A stretch of 64,000 nucleotides of DNA from NCBI GenBank assembly GCA_904063045.1, contig CAJFCJ010000021.1, positions 434,001-498,000 of the forward strand. Direction: 5' to 3'. The stretch comes from Dimorphilus gyrociliatus. Taxonomy: Eukaryota > Animalia > Annelida. The number at the start of each line of letters is the position of its first letter. Position 1 is the first letter of the stretch. This document shows, one piece after another, positions 1 to 13,753 of the stretch. The translations under genes were made by a program, and so were the position numbers. Below the pieces are notes generated by a model. The model did not search any database, was not told where the DNA came from, and was given only the letters and a program-made list of their open reading frames with translations.

Positions 1-186
1 GTGCCATCTTATTCCTACAATCAAAAATTATCAAAATTGGCCATTCTACGGATAGCTTCCTCATATATTCTCGCCCTAGCCCGCCTAGCAGGAGACGAGC
101 ACGACGAAAAGCCAGACTTTGCCGAATGTGTCGATATGTGTACAAGAACTATTCAAGCGGAAGGCAGAGCTAAACGCCGTCATTGA
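1..186 (+). CDS. ATOH8: bHLH transcription factor ATOH8/net, C-terminal part (5' end outside window)
   Basis: VPSYSYNQKLSKLAILRIASSYILALARLAG...FAECVDMCTRTIQAEGRAKRRH* matches bHLH helix 2 and the conserved C-terminal tail of ATOH8/Net. Confidence 0.92.
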   Translation: MPSYSYNQKLSKLAILRIASSYILALARLAGDEHDEKPDFAECVDMCTRTIQAEGRAKRRH

Positions 187-1412
187 ACTAGCTCTTTCAA
201 TTGATTTTCATTCTTTTTTATACCGGATCTGTGATATAGAACAGCTGTTTTATCTATGTATATATACATACGGCACAATAATGGATATAGCGCGTATATT
301 CTACAGGATTAATCAATGAACAGGTGCTGCGATTTACGTAAACAATTCGAACGCCGTTGCCGGGCGCTAGCTGCCAGATGTTTCGCAGATAAGCCTAATT
401 TGTTGCTACACTCTCAATTTAGTCGGCTTTTTAGATAAGATGCGGCGGGAAATTCCTACCCGTATCTTTTTCTAAATAGATAAAAGCTAGGCTAGTGAAC
501 GGAAGGGAAGAAACAGACAATGGGCTAAAGAAAAAAAAGAATTATTATGAACCTTACTTCTTTATACGATCAGTTTTATATACGTGCAAAAATTTTATTA
601 TTCGCGTAGTTCAGAATTCTTAACTAGGTGGCGTCTCTTAGATGTGATATATCAGTCGCTTTCCATTGTAATTTCTCTTTTAATACCTTTTGACATCTCT
701 TCAACGATGTCTTACCAAAAGAAAGAAACTGAACATTTTATAGCCAATAAGTTATTCTCATTTCCTTATTTGTGTCAAAATGGAATTTCTAATATCTCTA
801 ATTACAGGACTAAGTAGTAAATCCTAGAATTTCAAATCTTCCGCCTTTCCTATAAGTTTTCTTCCTTTTTTATTTCCTAGATACTATATCTATATACTTC
901 TTTTCCTTTGTCACGATTTTGAAGTTGAGAAGCATGTAAAATTGAAATGAAAACTACTCTTGTACGGTTTTAAAACATAATTAGACAGGTTTGTTAGTAG
1001 ATTGAGTCGTTGATTCTTACCAACCCCCTACTTGGTTTTCATTGTTATCATAAGAGAATCGTTTTCTTACAATATCCAGTTGTAGATCAATGAAGGAGAA
1101 AAAGAATGCATTATTTTGCAGAGTACAAAAAAACTGACGTCATACTTTAGTACAGGGCGAATAGATTTAATACAGTGACCGTCTCCATTGAGCTTGTAAA
1201 AGAGACGTATCAACCCGTTTAAGGTTAGGCCTAAAGACGCACTGGCTTTTTAGCAAAAGGTCGCTTTGTTTGGCATGGTTTGCCGAATGATCGTAAATGA
1301 GAAAAACTAACGATAGAACGCATTGTATTCCTCAACTTACTCAATTGTAGAACAAGAGCTGGTTATAGGCTTATGTTAAGATTAAAGATACTAAATGTAT
1401 TGTGTATCACAT

Positions 1413-2444
1413 CTATAGTAGAAGGTGACCTTTCAACGTGACCTGAGCATTCCCAGTTAACTCTACACGGTCATCTAAGACACTTATGTTTACGGTGCCT
1501 TTTCTTGCTCTGCCTTGTCTTGCTCTCATTTTCTTTTTATTCAAGATGTCAGACCAAAAACTACTAAGAGTCGTATGTGCTGAACCAGTAACGGGATCTT
1601 CATTTACTCCTAACCAAGGAGCAAACATTCGCGAAACAAAATCATAGCTTTTGCCTTCTTTATCCTTGAATTTGTCTCCTTTCATTGTCACTGATATCCA
1701 TTCAGTAACGCTTGTATTTAGTAGCCTATGAAAATTTGGCGTAAAAGCTTCAAACTCTTCAGCACTAACTGAATCCTTTAGGTGAACAAGTCCATATTTC
1801 AGATTCTTTGATAAATAGACGCCTTCAATAGGTAAATTACCCGAAACTTCATCGCATACTATCTTCCAATCTCCTTCAATACTCTCAATTCTTTCCAATG
1901 TTTTATCCAAAGGCAATGAAATAGTTATACCTTCTCCATGCTTTCTTGCAAACAAACTACCACTCTTTCTTGTGACGAATTCAATTTCTTCGTTCTTATT
2001 TCCCAGTGTGTAGAAAAGAGAAGCAGCACTCGCCAAAGTTGCATGACCACACAAAGGTACTTCTGTTTCAGGAGTAAACCATCTAAGACCGAACTTTGAA
2101 GCTTAAGTGTAACAATAGCGATATTAATTATAACTTTATTAGAACTATTATTATTTGTTATTAAGGTAAGTACATTTGTCAAAGGTATCGCCATCCTTTA
2201 ATATTTTAATGTAAGCTGTTTCTGATAGGTTCATTTCCCGAGCAATATTTAATAGAAAAGTATCATCGTAGTCCTGGAAATAGGTTAATTACACTTATTA
2301 TTACATAATATCTAAACAAATACTAAGCAAATATAAATATCTTAACTCAACAACCTGATCAAATTTTAAGGGACAAATAGCCGCCTGATTGCCGGTAAAA
2401 GGACCATGGGCGAAGGCATCAATAATGCAAATTTCTTGTTCCAT
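1413..2444 (-). CDS. PBLD: Phenazine biosynthesis-like (PhzF family) epimerase
   Basis: Exons 2444-2355, 2273-2174, 2101-1413 with GT-AG boundaries. Motifs IDAF..PFTGNQAAIC, EMNLSETAY, LRWFTPETEVPLCGHATLAS, SRMFAPWLGVNEDPVTGSAH. Confidence 0.95.
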
Positions 2445-5400
2445 TTCTCTCTGTAAAAGGTAACGAACTGAGAGATATAGAGTTCTAGGTATGTACTGAT
2501 TCTTCAGAAATCCGTATTTATACTAAGATAAGACAATAGGATCAAAGTTCAGCAAATTAGAGTGAATATGTAAACTTGCTTTGTCACAACAAGACTACAA
2601 AATTTAGTGTGGCACTAGAGGAAGAGTATACATGTCTCACTAGTTTTTTGTATTCAAATACACGATCAGCCTATTATAAAATTATATTATGTAAACAGGC
2701 CGAAACTATTTTTTCTTTCGCCTTTCTTCTTTACCATTTCCTTCCTACTATCGCTCTCTGTCTCCCTCTCTCTCTGTCTCTGAGTTGACTTTTCCCCCCA
2801 CCATTACTATTATTCTCCATCCATTTCAATATCTATCTTTCTCTCTTCCTATCCTCTCTTCCAAGCTTACTTGCTTAAGTCACTTACTTACTCTTCCTTT
2901 CATTCTTTCCACTATCTTACGTTTTGTTTTACTTAATGTTTTATTTATCTATTTTCTACCTAAGCATAAGAGTTTTAGGTTATGGAAAAAACAAATAAAA
3001 CATGTTTTTTCCCACATCTTAAATGTTATTACTATTGCGCAATGTAAGAGAAACTTACAAGAACAGATAAATTTTAATGCAGTTTATTAATTTTACATAT
3101 TTTATTTATAGAATAAAGAAAATAGATAGTTATTCTATCTGTACTATGCATATTATGTATGTACATATATATACATACTATATATATATATAAAGATTAT
3201 TTAATACATATAATAGAGTATTTAAAAGGCTTGTATAGTCCCCTATTTAACGTATATGTATAGACAAATATACCATACAAGTATACCTATATAATAGATA
3301 AAGAATACCGGTACACGTGTTCATATAAGTTTATATTTGTAAAAGCTTAAACAATCTGGTTTTTTATAATTTATTCATAATTTTATTAAATTTTTGCTGA
3401 TTTATCTTCCGTATCTGTATGTTACAGATGTAAGGAAAAAAAATGAAATATATAGTGACGCAGGCGTCTAAAACTTAAAAAAGAAAGGAATTATTGTCTT
3501 TTAAATTATGATATTATATATATTTTATGTTTGAATAAGGATAATTAGTTTGTTGATTTCATTTAAACAATTAATAGACGAGTTTAATAGAAAGTCATTA
3601 TTTAGTAAATTAAGAAGGAAAATGGACGACAATTAAGATATTGACGAAGAGAAGGAGGATTGAAACTAGTTTGGAAACAGAGAGAGAGAGAGAGAAAGAG
3701 AAGTGATCAAGTATTGATACGTTTCTCTTTTCATTCCACCTGCTTGTTTTATCACTACCCTCTTATCGGAGTATGCTACATTTCTTATCATTTAAAACTG
3801 AAAGATTGTGTTCTATACTCTACGGTATTTAAAGCTCTGATTTTACAGTATAATCTATGGAAATTATTTTAAGAATAGGTGAACATTTAGCCTATTTACT
3901 CTAAATCGATTGGATAAACTTTGACCTAGTTTTTTTTTGACACTTGGATATCCATTACTAAGTAATATAAATCTAATACATAGACGGCGCCGTTGTTCAA
4001 CCAATCTTTCAAACATCTGTGTTATTTCCCCCCGCCGTATTCCATTTATTATAAATAGGGCAGGCTACTTACTCTACCGACTTAAACAAATTTGATTATA
4101 CTCTTGACATCTTTTAATAATTAACTAGAATTGAAAATAGTAAATAAATAAAAGAAAAATTAACGATTAATATGACTTTTCCTCATTTCCATTCATTTTT
4201 ATCCGAATGCAGAAACTCTTGTATTATTTCAAAATATAATAAAAAAGACAGGAATTAGGTAATGTAAACCAAAATACTTATTTAAAAGAGAATGAATAAA
4301 AAATAGAGGATGAAAGAGAGTAGGGGTGGAAAACATCAAACAGAATACTGCGAACGAGTGATAAAGAATGGGTGGAGAGAATGAGCTAGGGAAGGGAGGG
4401 AGAAGGAGAGGAGGTGGGGGGTAGGAAAGAAAGAGAATATAAATGAGTTGGAGGAACAGAGAGGACGAAGGCGAGGAAGGAGAGAACTAGAGAAGAGCAG
4501 TTAAATAGTTCATTTTCTCATCCTATTTTATACTAATTACGATTACATATTCTATCTTGTTTAGTCTGTTCCACAACTACCCATTATAATCTTATCATTA
4601 TTGCATTCCATTCACGCCACCCCCCACGTTTAGTCTCAACTCGACGAATTTAAGGAGGATCCTTTTTGGAAAAGGTAAATGGATAGAGAAGATCGTAAAA
4701 CCACACAGATCTATTTAAACTAGATAATAAATAAAACATAGTAGCATATACAATTTATAAAGGATATAAAAGCCCTATTAAGTTGATTAATTAACTGAAA
4801 TATTATTATTTTTAAAGTAAAGATGAACTTTCAACAGTGTAAACTTTGTAGTTAAGTATGAAATTTTATAGTGAAAAAGAATATAAAGGATATTTTACTA
4901 TTTTTCTCTTGTTTATTATTATTATTCTTCTTGGTATAGAACATACAAGACTAAAGTGTGACTTGACCCTATAGAATTCCACTAAACCACTCTATAAGAC
5001 CAAAAGTACTAAGAACTGATCGCTATTTGCTTTAGGGTGAATTCTATATAAACTACAGTTATTTTCTTTTTTTCAAAAGTAAATGTTTCCCCCTTTACCT
5101 TTAACATGCTTATCTCTAAATTGTGTTTTTACCTTAACAACAAGTCTCTTATTATTTTTTGTAAAGTAGCCAGGATTCCTACTCTTCTCTTCACGATTAT
5201 CTTGAAGGGAAGAGAAGAGCTTAAAGATGGATTTAATTAATATATTTCCTTTGAGAAGGTTTCTGGAAAAATTTAAGATTTTTATCAGAAATGTTCCTAA
5301 TAGAAAAACAAAATTAATAAGAAAAAGAGAAGGAAGAAGAGGAAGAGAATTCAATTTCTTTCTAGAAGATAGATAATTGTACATTTTAAGAGTTTTATAA

Positions 5401-5585
5401 AATTAATGATTTTATCGATTATGTCCATTTAATCCATATTTTTAAATTAAAAAGTCTTTTTAGAGCATTCCATAGGGATTGGGAGTATTTCGTAATCTCT
5501 AATTTCTCCGTCTAAAACCATTAAGGTAATTAATCGTAAACAGGGAACATAGCATGGAAGGAGTGTAGGATAGCAGAGAAGAAGA

Positions 5586-5640
5586 GACACAGACAGACGG
5601 ACCGACAGATAGACAGACAGATAGAGAGACAGACAGAGAG
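5586..5640. repeat. Imperfect (AGAC/AGAT)n microsatellite
   Basis: Direct reading. Confidence 0.7.
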
Positions 5641-6529
5641 AAAACTGTTTAAGATTAATACAGGTGCTTCATCAAGGTTTTAAAACGTTTGCAGATTTCC
5701 GGAAACTTCAGCTGCGTTTTACAGCCGGGTAACTAATACAGTCAGAATGTTAGAAATCTACTTTAGGAATCTATTTTAAATATTCCGATCCGCTTACAAT
5801 AAGAAGTGAATCCAGCTTATACTGAGTACATTCTACTAGTTAATCTTTAGCTTTTTTCCATCATCCTCAACTATGTTTTAGTTCCTCTTTTCATCCACTT
5901 GTCGATCCTAAATAAGTAAGATGAAGGTCTATTGATTGAGTAGTATGTTATTAAATATACAACGTATTCAATTATTTGTCTATAGTATATTTAACGAAGA
6001 AATTACAATATTCCTTTTTTTTTTTATCTTGGCTTAAACTATTCGATGAATTTTTTCGATAATCAATAATTTCAATCTGTGCGTTTAGGAAGAAATGATC
6101 AAAAATTCAATAAGGAAATATTAAGCAAATATCAAGGTGCGATTAAAGCTTTACTATATATTCAATGGGAGAAAAAAGGGAGAATACATTTGTCTAAAAC
6201 GTTGCAAAATGTAATTTGAATATAGGCCTAGCGGCCATTAGAGTAAATAACAGTTTTATCACTGGGTAAAGTTGATTTATAACTAGTTGACCAGAGACAT
6301 TTAAAGGAAAAGGCTATATGCTTATATATAAATGTATATTGTAGGTATATACTGCATATATATATATATATTATAGAGTATATGACTTGAGGTAAATTTC
6401 ATTCTATCAATAATTATTGGCTTTTTTTTACACTACGTTTAAAAGCCCTTCCGAGTATTTTACTCTATTTTATATATATTTGAACTTTTCGCAATATATT
6501 TCCTACGATATCCATTACGTCTAATTTCC

Positions 6530-6612
6530 TGTCTCCTCCTCCTCCTTCTTCTTCTCCTTCTTCTCCTCCTTCTTCTTGTTCTTGCGCCTCTTCTTCTCTT
6601 GCTTTCTTCTGC
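6530..6612. repeat. Imperfect (CTT/CCT)n pyrimidine tract
   Basis: Direct reading; it generates the poly-Arg ORF 6460..6654. Confidence 0.75.
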
Positions 6613-6921
6613 TCTTAAGGAAGATTTCAATTCCATCTCCAGTTTTTTTGGCATATAAACTAAACAGGTGTTTAGTCAACTATCACAAAAATATTGTATT
6701 ATGGACAACGACGTCTAATGTTCGACTTCTAAGAAACACAATCGATTTTAAAGTGTTTATTTAATTTTTCTACTCCTCGTATAGATATTTTAATGGAAGT
6801 AACATTAAAAAATGCTTACATTTTGATACAAATAAAATAGAAATACATATATAATTTATACATATTTGAAAAAGTGATAATATAATCGTTATTATTCATT
6901 CCTCTTTCGGTTTTTTTCTTA

Positions 6922-7517
6922 TTAATTATAGTGATTTTGCGGGAATTTTACATGGCATTCCGTAAAAACTCTTGTACATCTTTGAACGCATTCGATATCG
7001 TTAAAAAATTCTGCGCATTCGTTAAAGCATTTCTGAAAGGTAGAAAAAAGAAAACCAATAATTAATTATATAATAAAACGTATTGTAAATATAGTGTTTT
7101 ATCCAGAAGGGTTTTATTTAAAAAAAGAAAACCACAATAGACGCCATCTAGCGTCTATCATAAGAAGTATATCATTATGATAATGAATCTAAAAATTAAT
7201 TACCGTATAAACTGGATTACAAATTTTGTAAGCAATTGTAGGCGATTTAGACCGTTTTAATAATTCCAAAAGTTGCCTTTCATCGTCAATATTTTCTTCT
7301 GTATTTACATTTAGCACACTGAGTAGTATAACAATAGTACCAATCTGGAATTTATTGAAAATAATTAATGAATGAACGAATGAATGAATGAATGAATGAA
7401 TGTAAGCCGATATATACAGTATATGCATATATATATATATATATACATATATTTCTATTAAAAATCAGTTAAACAAATAACAATAGAACAGCTATTTACT
7501 ATTATAAAATATCTCAT
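6922..7517 (-). CDS. Secreted six-cysteine prepro-peptide, 89 aa, no family recognised
   Basis: Exons 7517-7500, 7344-7204, 7032-6922 join in phase 0 at canonical sites. Product: MRYFIIIGTIVILLSVLNVNT-EENIDDERQLLELLKR-SKSPTIAYKICNPVYTKCFNECAEFFNDIECVQRCTRVFTECHVKFPQNHYN*. Confidence 0.8.
7367..7402. repeat. (GAAT)n microsatellite in intron 1 of the peptide gene
   Basis: Direct reading. Confidence 0.85.
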
Positions 7518-7629
7518 ATTCTTTATCTGTTGTTTATTTATCCTTTTTCAATAGAAATGTGCAGTATCCTTGTAAAAGTTGTTATCAAACGAGTTTTGTT
7601 TGTTTTTAGAAGCTATTTTCGCAGCTATT

Positions 7630-7637
7630 CTTTTATA
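7630..7637 (-). promoter_or_regulatory. TATA box candidate for the Cys-rich peptide gene
   Basis: TATAAAAG about 110 nt upstream of the ATG at 7517. An AATAAA lies at 6761-6756 downstream of the stop. Confidence 0.45.
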
Positions 7638-7820
7638 CGAACAAAAATTCTAACAGATCTATCTATCTTTATATATAAAAGGATTATAATAAATTGTTAG
7701 AAACAATTGTAATTATACAATATAAATAGGAAATAACTGATAGGAAAATTACTGACAAATAGATGAATCCAATTGGTGCAGCGCCAATTTTCGTAATTAT
7801 TCAACATAAAGATTAAACTT

Positions 7821-7843
7821 TATTATTATTATTATTATTATTA
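7821..7843. repeat. (ATT)n microsatellite
   Basis: Direct reading. Confidence 0.85.
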
Positions 7844-10800
7844 CTATTGTTCCTTTTATTAACTGATTAAGAAGTTTATATATTTTCATTCATTCATTCG
7901 GGGTGAATTAATTTGTTCTTTTATTGTTTAGTTTCATTTATTCAAAAGTGTTTAATAGTATATTAGGTTAGGCAAAGTAGACAAAGAGTTTTGATGTATA
8001 TACCGACAAACATCAACAACTTTCAAGCCAATTAGTCAAGCCTTCTCTTTGTGTTCAAAACATCCCAATGAAGAAAGCTTATCTAGTTTGAAAAGGGATA
8101 TAAAACAGCCATCTTTCTTTTATTACATTTAATGTCAACAAAAGGATTTAGCGTAAGTTTACATAAGAATCAAAGGAAGTATTAACAAGAATAAAAGTTA
8201 CATATTTACGTTCATTTCTCTTATTTATGCTTGTAATCTTATCAGGTTTCACAAAAGGATATAAGATTAATAGATTATCGAATGGAATATGACTGTAAGA
8301 TGTGTATATTGAATAAATTAGCGTTACGTAGCTGCTAATTTCTGCTGAATGTTTGCATGTTTATTTGTTTGAAGTAAGACAGATCGGCTTTCCCTAAGGT
8401 CATCACTTACTCAGCTCGTGATCTAATATCTTAAAAAGATAGCCCCTGGGCTATTAAGCATCAAAAGTAAAGAGGATTTACCAATCTGTTCAAACATTTT
8501 TTATTTATCCAAAAAAAGTCGTATTTCAATAGAAAAATTCCATTCATTACTTAAGATTAAAACAGATATCGTGAACAAAAAGAAGGTTAAAAGCTCTTTA
8601 GAGATTTCTACCAATAGGTAGTTCAAAATAATTTATAGATCAATTATTGCTTAGATTTTATAATAAAAAAATGACAAGATATCGAAAGATAGATATAGAG
8701 TTTCATGTTTTATATTAAGACATATACACGTTTTCTTTCTTATTATCAAACTTTTTATTAATAACGAGGGACGTTAAAAAAAATATGAAAAAAAAATCAA
8801 TATATGGGTTATAAATAATATAAATGTAAATATTACAGGTATTAACCATAAATAAATATATTCATCCATATAAGTGTATATAACTATATTTCATACACAC
8901 TTATATATGTTTTAAGTATCATAGTTATATATACATGTATATGTACAACTATTTCTTTTTTAACTATAAACAATCAAAATCAAACCTTTTTACGTAATAA
9001 ATGTATTGTTTTTTTTGTTTTTACAGTTAAAGTTTTTTTTATCAGTCGCGATACCGACAGTTGTCTCCACGAGTTGAAAAAATGATGAATTCTTATAGGT
9101 CTTCATTAAATATCCGAATCTGAAAGATACAAAAAAAATGTTGCTTTTTATTACTGGACTCTTTTTGCCAATAAAAATTTTTTATTTTTCATTTTTTGTG
9201 TTTAATATAAATAGAACAAGTACGAATATTGATACAATCGAACTTTCATATGCCTTATTCACAATTTAAAAAAAAAAAGATATATTTCAAAAGATTTAGC
9301 CCTGTCAAATCGTAATTTATGATTTTGGGATCAAACAAAGTAGGCCTAAATGTGCTGTATTCTTTTATTATTAAAACTTATATTACGTACATCATGTAAA
9401 TCCAAACTCTAAATTATACATAAGTAAGTATATTTTGATTCTTTTATGAAATTTAACCCTCAAATAACCATTTATATATAGAAAAATACAGTATATATAT
9501 ATGTATATACAATATATATTTATATATACATACATATATAGATAATTAATGTATAGATGCGAATATATGTCAAAATATCTATCTGTACTCACATTCTGAT
9601 AATCTCTTTTCATTATCAGCTAAAATTTATTCATAATTCACCGCAAAACATTAAGATATTATAATTTAGAATTATTGATATATATTCTAAAGAAGTTTAT
9701 TCTTTAAACTTTTACAAACTATTCATCTGACAGTGAAAATATAAATATAAATTTGTTATTCACTCTTGAGAAAGTATCTTATTGTAGCTAATACTTTTTT
9801 GAACGACGTAATGTAAATAAATATATGAAAATGAAACTCTTTAATGTTTCACAATGTCAGATAAATAGTTAGCCAAGTGCTACTTTTCAAATCATAAAAT
9901 TATCAAAAATTATACACCTAAAAAAATATAAAAAACATATTGTAAATGCCATCAATTAATTACAGTCAATGGAAAAAAGTCACGTATGATTTGTAGAACA
10001 TAGTCTAATTCCAAAAATATCTTTATCGATAAAATATAAAGTTCTTATAGCCACCGGTTTTTTTAAAAAAATAGTCATTTTACATTGTGGTAGTTTTACA
10101 CAATTATTAAAAATGTCATCAATTAATCCACAGCAAGGTTTCATTTAAGATCTTTAGGATTTAGCTTAAAACTTTGGGTATTTTTACAATTTCTAAAATT
10201 ACCAGTTATTCCTTACACGAGCATGCAAAACGGTTCAGTAAGAAATTTACGTTGAAAACTTTACATAGCAATATCAACAAGAGGATGTTATGCAAATAAA
10301 ACATCTTATAAAATATACCAAACATTTTAAAAAAAATATATGTAATATATACAATATATATATATAAATAAATATATTTCTATATATATATTCTATTTAT
10401 GTGTATTTCTTTATAAATATATATATATATATATATCAAAAGATATAAATATATACATTCATATGTAACTAAAAATTGTATATAGATATAGATATATATA
10501 TATCATATACATATATTATATACATATATATGTTTAAATATAACCGATGTTTAGATAAAAAAAAGCCATACCCTGAGATAAAATTAATAAATTACACTCT
10601 CCGATAATAATTAAAATACAGTAACATACAAAAAGGGGTAAAAAAGTGATCTTAGAATATCAAATAACATTAAAACCTGTAAGTTCAAAACAATTTCTTA
10701 TGAATAATCAAGAATAGTTGCCAAATTACACCTTAATTTTAAATATTACAGAATTTTGTAATAATATTTAAATATAAAGTGTAAAAAGGATGTAACCCGA

Positions 10801-11533
10801 ATATCATGCTTTCTCTTTTTTTGATCCATTAACATGCAAAATATATGAAAATATGTAAATAGATATAAATACGCAATGAAACTCACAAATTGTTTTACAT
10901 TAATTATCAAATATGAAGTTATAAAAAAACATTCAGACTAATCCAATAAATCAGTAAATTTGTGGAACATCGTTTAGTTTTTTTTAATTGAGCAAACTTT
11001 TATCAATAAATATTTTGAAAATTTATGCATTGATCGACAATAACGATGTTACACGTTTTTTCGCATTTTGGAAAAAATGTTATCAGGTATGCCACATTGA
11101 AAAAAAAAACATCTTAACTGGCAATATTTGGTTCTAATTATATGATAAATGAAGAAAAAATCACATCTGCAGCCTAGGACCGTAATATAAATTTGCATTT
11201 GTGTGTAATGTGATAAGAAAAATACATTTTTTAAAGCAAAATGCGCATATAATGCACTTTAAAAAAAAAGGTATATATGTAGAATAAAGAACACAAAAAA
11301 ACGTACGGATTCTGAGCATTTTTAGCACCGTTTGATTTATGGCGAACATGTCTTACAGAACATGTTGATTACATAATTATAACAAAATAAGGCACGGATA
11401 CATTGATTAGAATAACATACGTATAAACTTTTTTTTAATTAAAAATTCAACTTAAATATTTAATTCAGAAATTAAATGACTTACCGGCTATTACCCTGTA
11501 ATGATTATTATAAATAATTTTAAGAGCACTCAC

Positions 11534-13531
11534 CTAACGTCTACTACTGCGATGATGTCTTGATTCATAATGGTCATCATAGTATCTTTCCCTACTACGA
11601 TCTCTGTAATCTCTTTCCCTAGATCTTGATCTATCCCTACGACTTCTTTTACGATCATCTCGTTCTCTTGATCTTGATCTATCCCTTCTGCTAGACCTTT
11701 GAAATGACAATAGAAATTTAAAAATTCCTTTAGAAAAACTTAAGGGAAAGTTCTTACTTTCCACCGCCATAACTCTTGGATTCAATACCATGTAGGGTAT
11801 CTTGAAGGGACGAGATTAGGATCTTACACCTGTCGTCGTTCGCTATCTTACTTTGCTTAATCAATGATATAGCAGTAACAAGAGTTTCAATAGCTGAAGC
11901 ATAGTCTCCTGCCCTGGCGTCCTGAACTGATTTGTTAATTGCGCTGCTAGAGACGGTTTTATTCCTACTAAATAATTCTTCAAATTCAGCTTCAGAAATA
12001 GGTTGTTGATCTGCTCCACGAGATGAATCCATTGGTCTTCCAAAAGCATCAAAGGGAGTAGCCGGAGCTCTATCACCAGTTCCGTAGGGATCTGGATTTC
12101 CTGGATATTGAGCTGGTCTGCCAAAAGGATCTGCCTGAGGAGCGGCGGTTGGAGCTTGGGAAACAGTGGGGAAAAAGGCTGGGTTTACATGAGGAGCAGG
12201 CGCTGTGGCCATTCCCGGAGCGTTGGGAGCTCCTGGATTCATCTGATTTCCTGGATTACCCGGAGCAGCAGCCTGTAGACCACCGCCAACACCTACTGGT
12301 CTAGATGGACGACTGGCATTTACAGCGGCTGCGGCTGCAGCCGCATTTCCTTGATTCCACTCCATTCGGGCTCCTGGTGGCGGTCCACGCATACCAGGAG
12401 CAGCATGCAAAGGTGGTCCAGTAAGACGTGGTGGAAATCCCATTGGAGGTGGTAGACCAGGTCGTAAGCTGGCATTCGTAGCAATGGCTAATAACCTGAC
12501 GACATCGACAACGTTAGGTCCTGTTGTTGGAGGGGGTACAGAGCCTGTAATCGGAGGTCGAGGAATTCCCATAGAAGGTTGGTCTTTTTTCATTCCCGTA
12601 ACTTTGGGAGTATTTTTCATATCTTTTCCATTCGCTACATGACTTCTGTTGTCGCTTAAGTCGAATTTGCTCAAATTCTGTTTATTGGCAACTGTGCATA
12701 TAAGTGTTTGGCCGTTTAGCTCCTTTTGGGGTAATTTTTTCAACAGAGCTTTTACAGACTCGTCAGATTTTAGTAGAACAGTTGCAAGTCTATATTTTTA
12801 AAAAATATCACACAAATTAGTTCAGCCAAAACACGATTGTTCAAACTATTTACCCTTTGGATTGACCATTGGATCGATTTTCAAAGAATTTAATTTCCAG
12901 AATATCAGAAACGCCAACACTGTTAATAGCCTCTTGTAATTGATCATCAGTCGTCCACTAAATTAAATTTGTCATTAAACTGGGTTTCTTATAAAAAATA
13001 TTTTCAATAATATAGTTCTTACCCAAGTCATATTACCCACGTATACACCATGCCTACTCCTATTAGCGGGAACGGGACCATGCATAAAAAAGTTGCGAGG
13101 AGTTTGCTGGTCGGATTGTTCGTTTGTCTATTTGATCATTTAGTAATGATTGTTTATATCTAATGAACGTATTTGTTTACAATACCGTCGATGAGGCCCC
13201 TCCAGTAGTAGTTTCTGGTTTTGTTTCCGAGTTTTCCTCGCTATCAGCTGAATTTCCAGTTATTATGTCATTATAGAGATCATCTCCTTCCGTAGTTGAA
13301 TTATTAACCTAAAATTTATTGGAATATAGATTGTTTTCGCCCATGAAAAATGTATTATATTTTCATTCAGCATTTCGAGATGCCTAATAGATATTTTTGA
13401 CATCTTTTAAAGGCATATTAAATATCGTTTTGTTAAAAACTTAATATTTATGTAAAATGTCTAAAAATGATTTCTCTTACATCAAAATCCTCAGCTACAT
13501 CACCATACAAATCAATGTCCCCGTCCGCCAT
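11534..13531 (-). CDS. CPSF6: Cleavage factor Im large subunit (CFIm68; RRM, Pro-rich region, RS/RD tail)
   Basis: Exons 13531-13481, 13308-13186, 13127-13023, 12957-12854, 12789-11758, 11696-11534. Motifs [81 protein letters not shown] repeats. Confidence 0.95.
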
Positions 13532-13753
13532 CTTGTTTAAGAGTAACTGCCAGTGTATTGTGGGCTACAACTTCCGCTAGCTATTTAGTTTGGTTCGGGC
13601 TTCCTCATACAATATTTTTAAAAAATATCGTGGAACCTGGTTCCCTTAGTTGTATTCCTTGCTAGGCGGCGCCACCCTCAACGTTTACCGCGTTATCTAT
13701 CAGAAGTTGTTGAATGTTAAATCGTTGAACTTTAAAGAGCGCATTCTTTGCTG
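13532..13753. promoter_or_regulatory. Putative bidirectional promoter shared by CPSF6 and STOX
   Basis: Divergent start codons 222 nt apart; locally GC-richer sequence. Confidence 0.6.

Noticed and set aside
5073-5400. ORFs on both strands, possible retroelement fragment
   Set aside because: No recognisable reverse transcriptase or endonuclease motif; composition fits AT-rich intergenic DNA.
6460-6654. Poly-Arg protamine-like ORF
   Set aside because: Arises from a CTT/CCT simple repeat; all three frames give low-complexity reads and no convincing exon partners were found.
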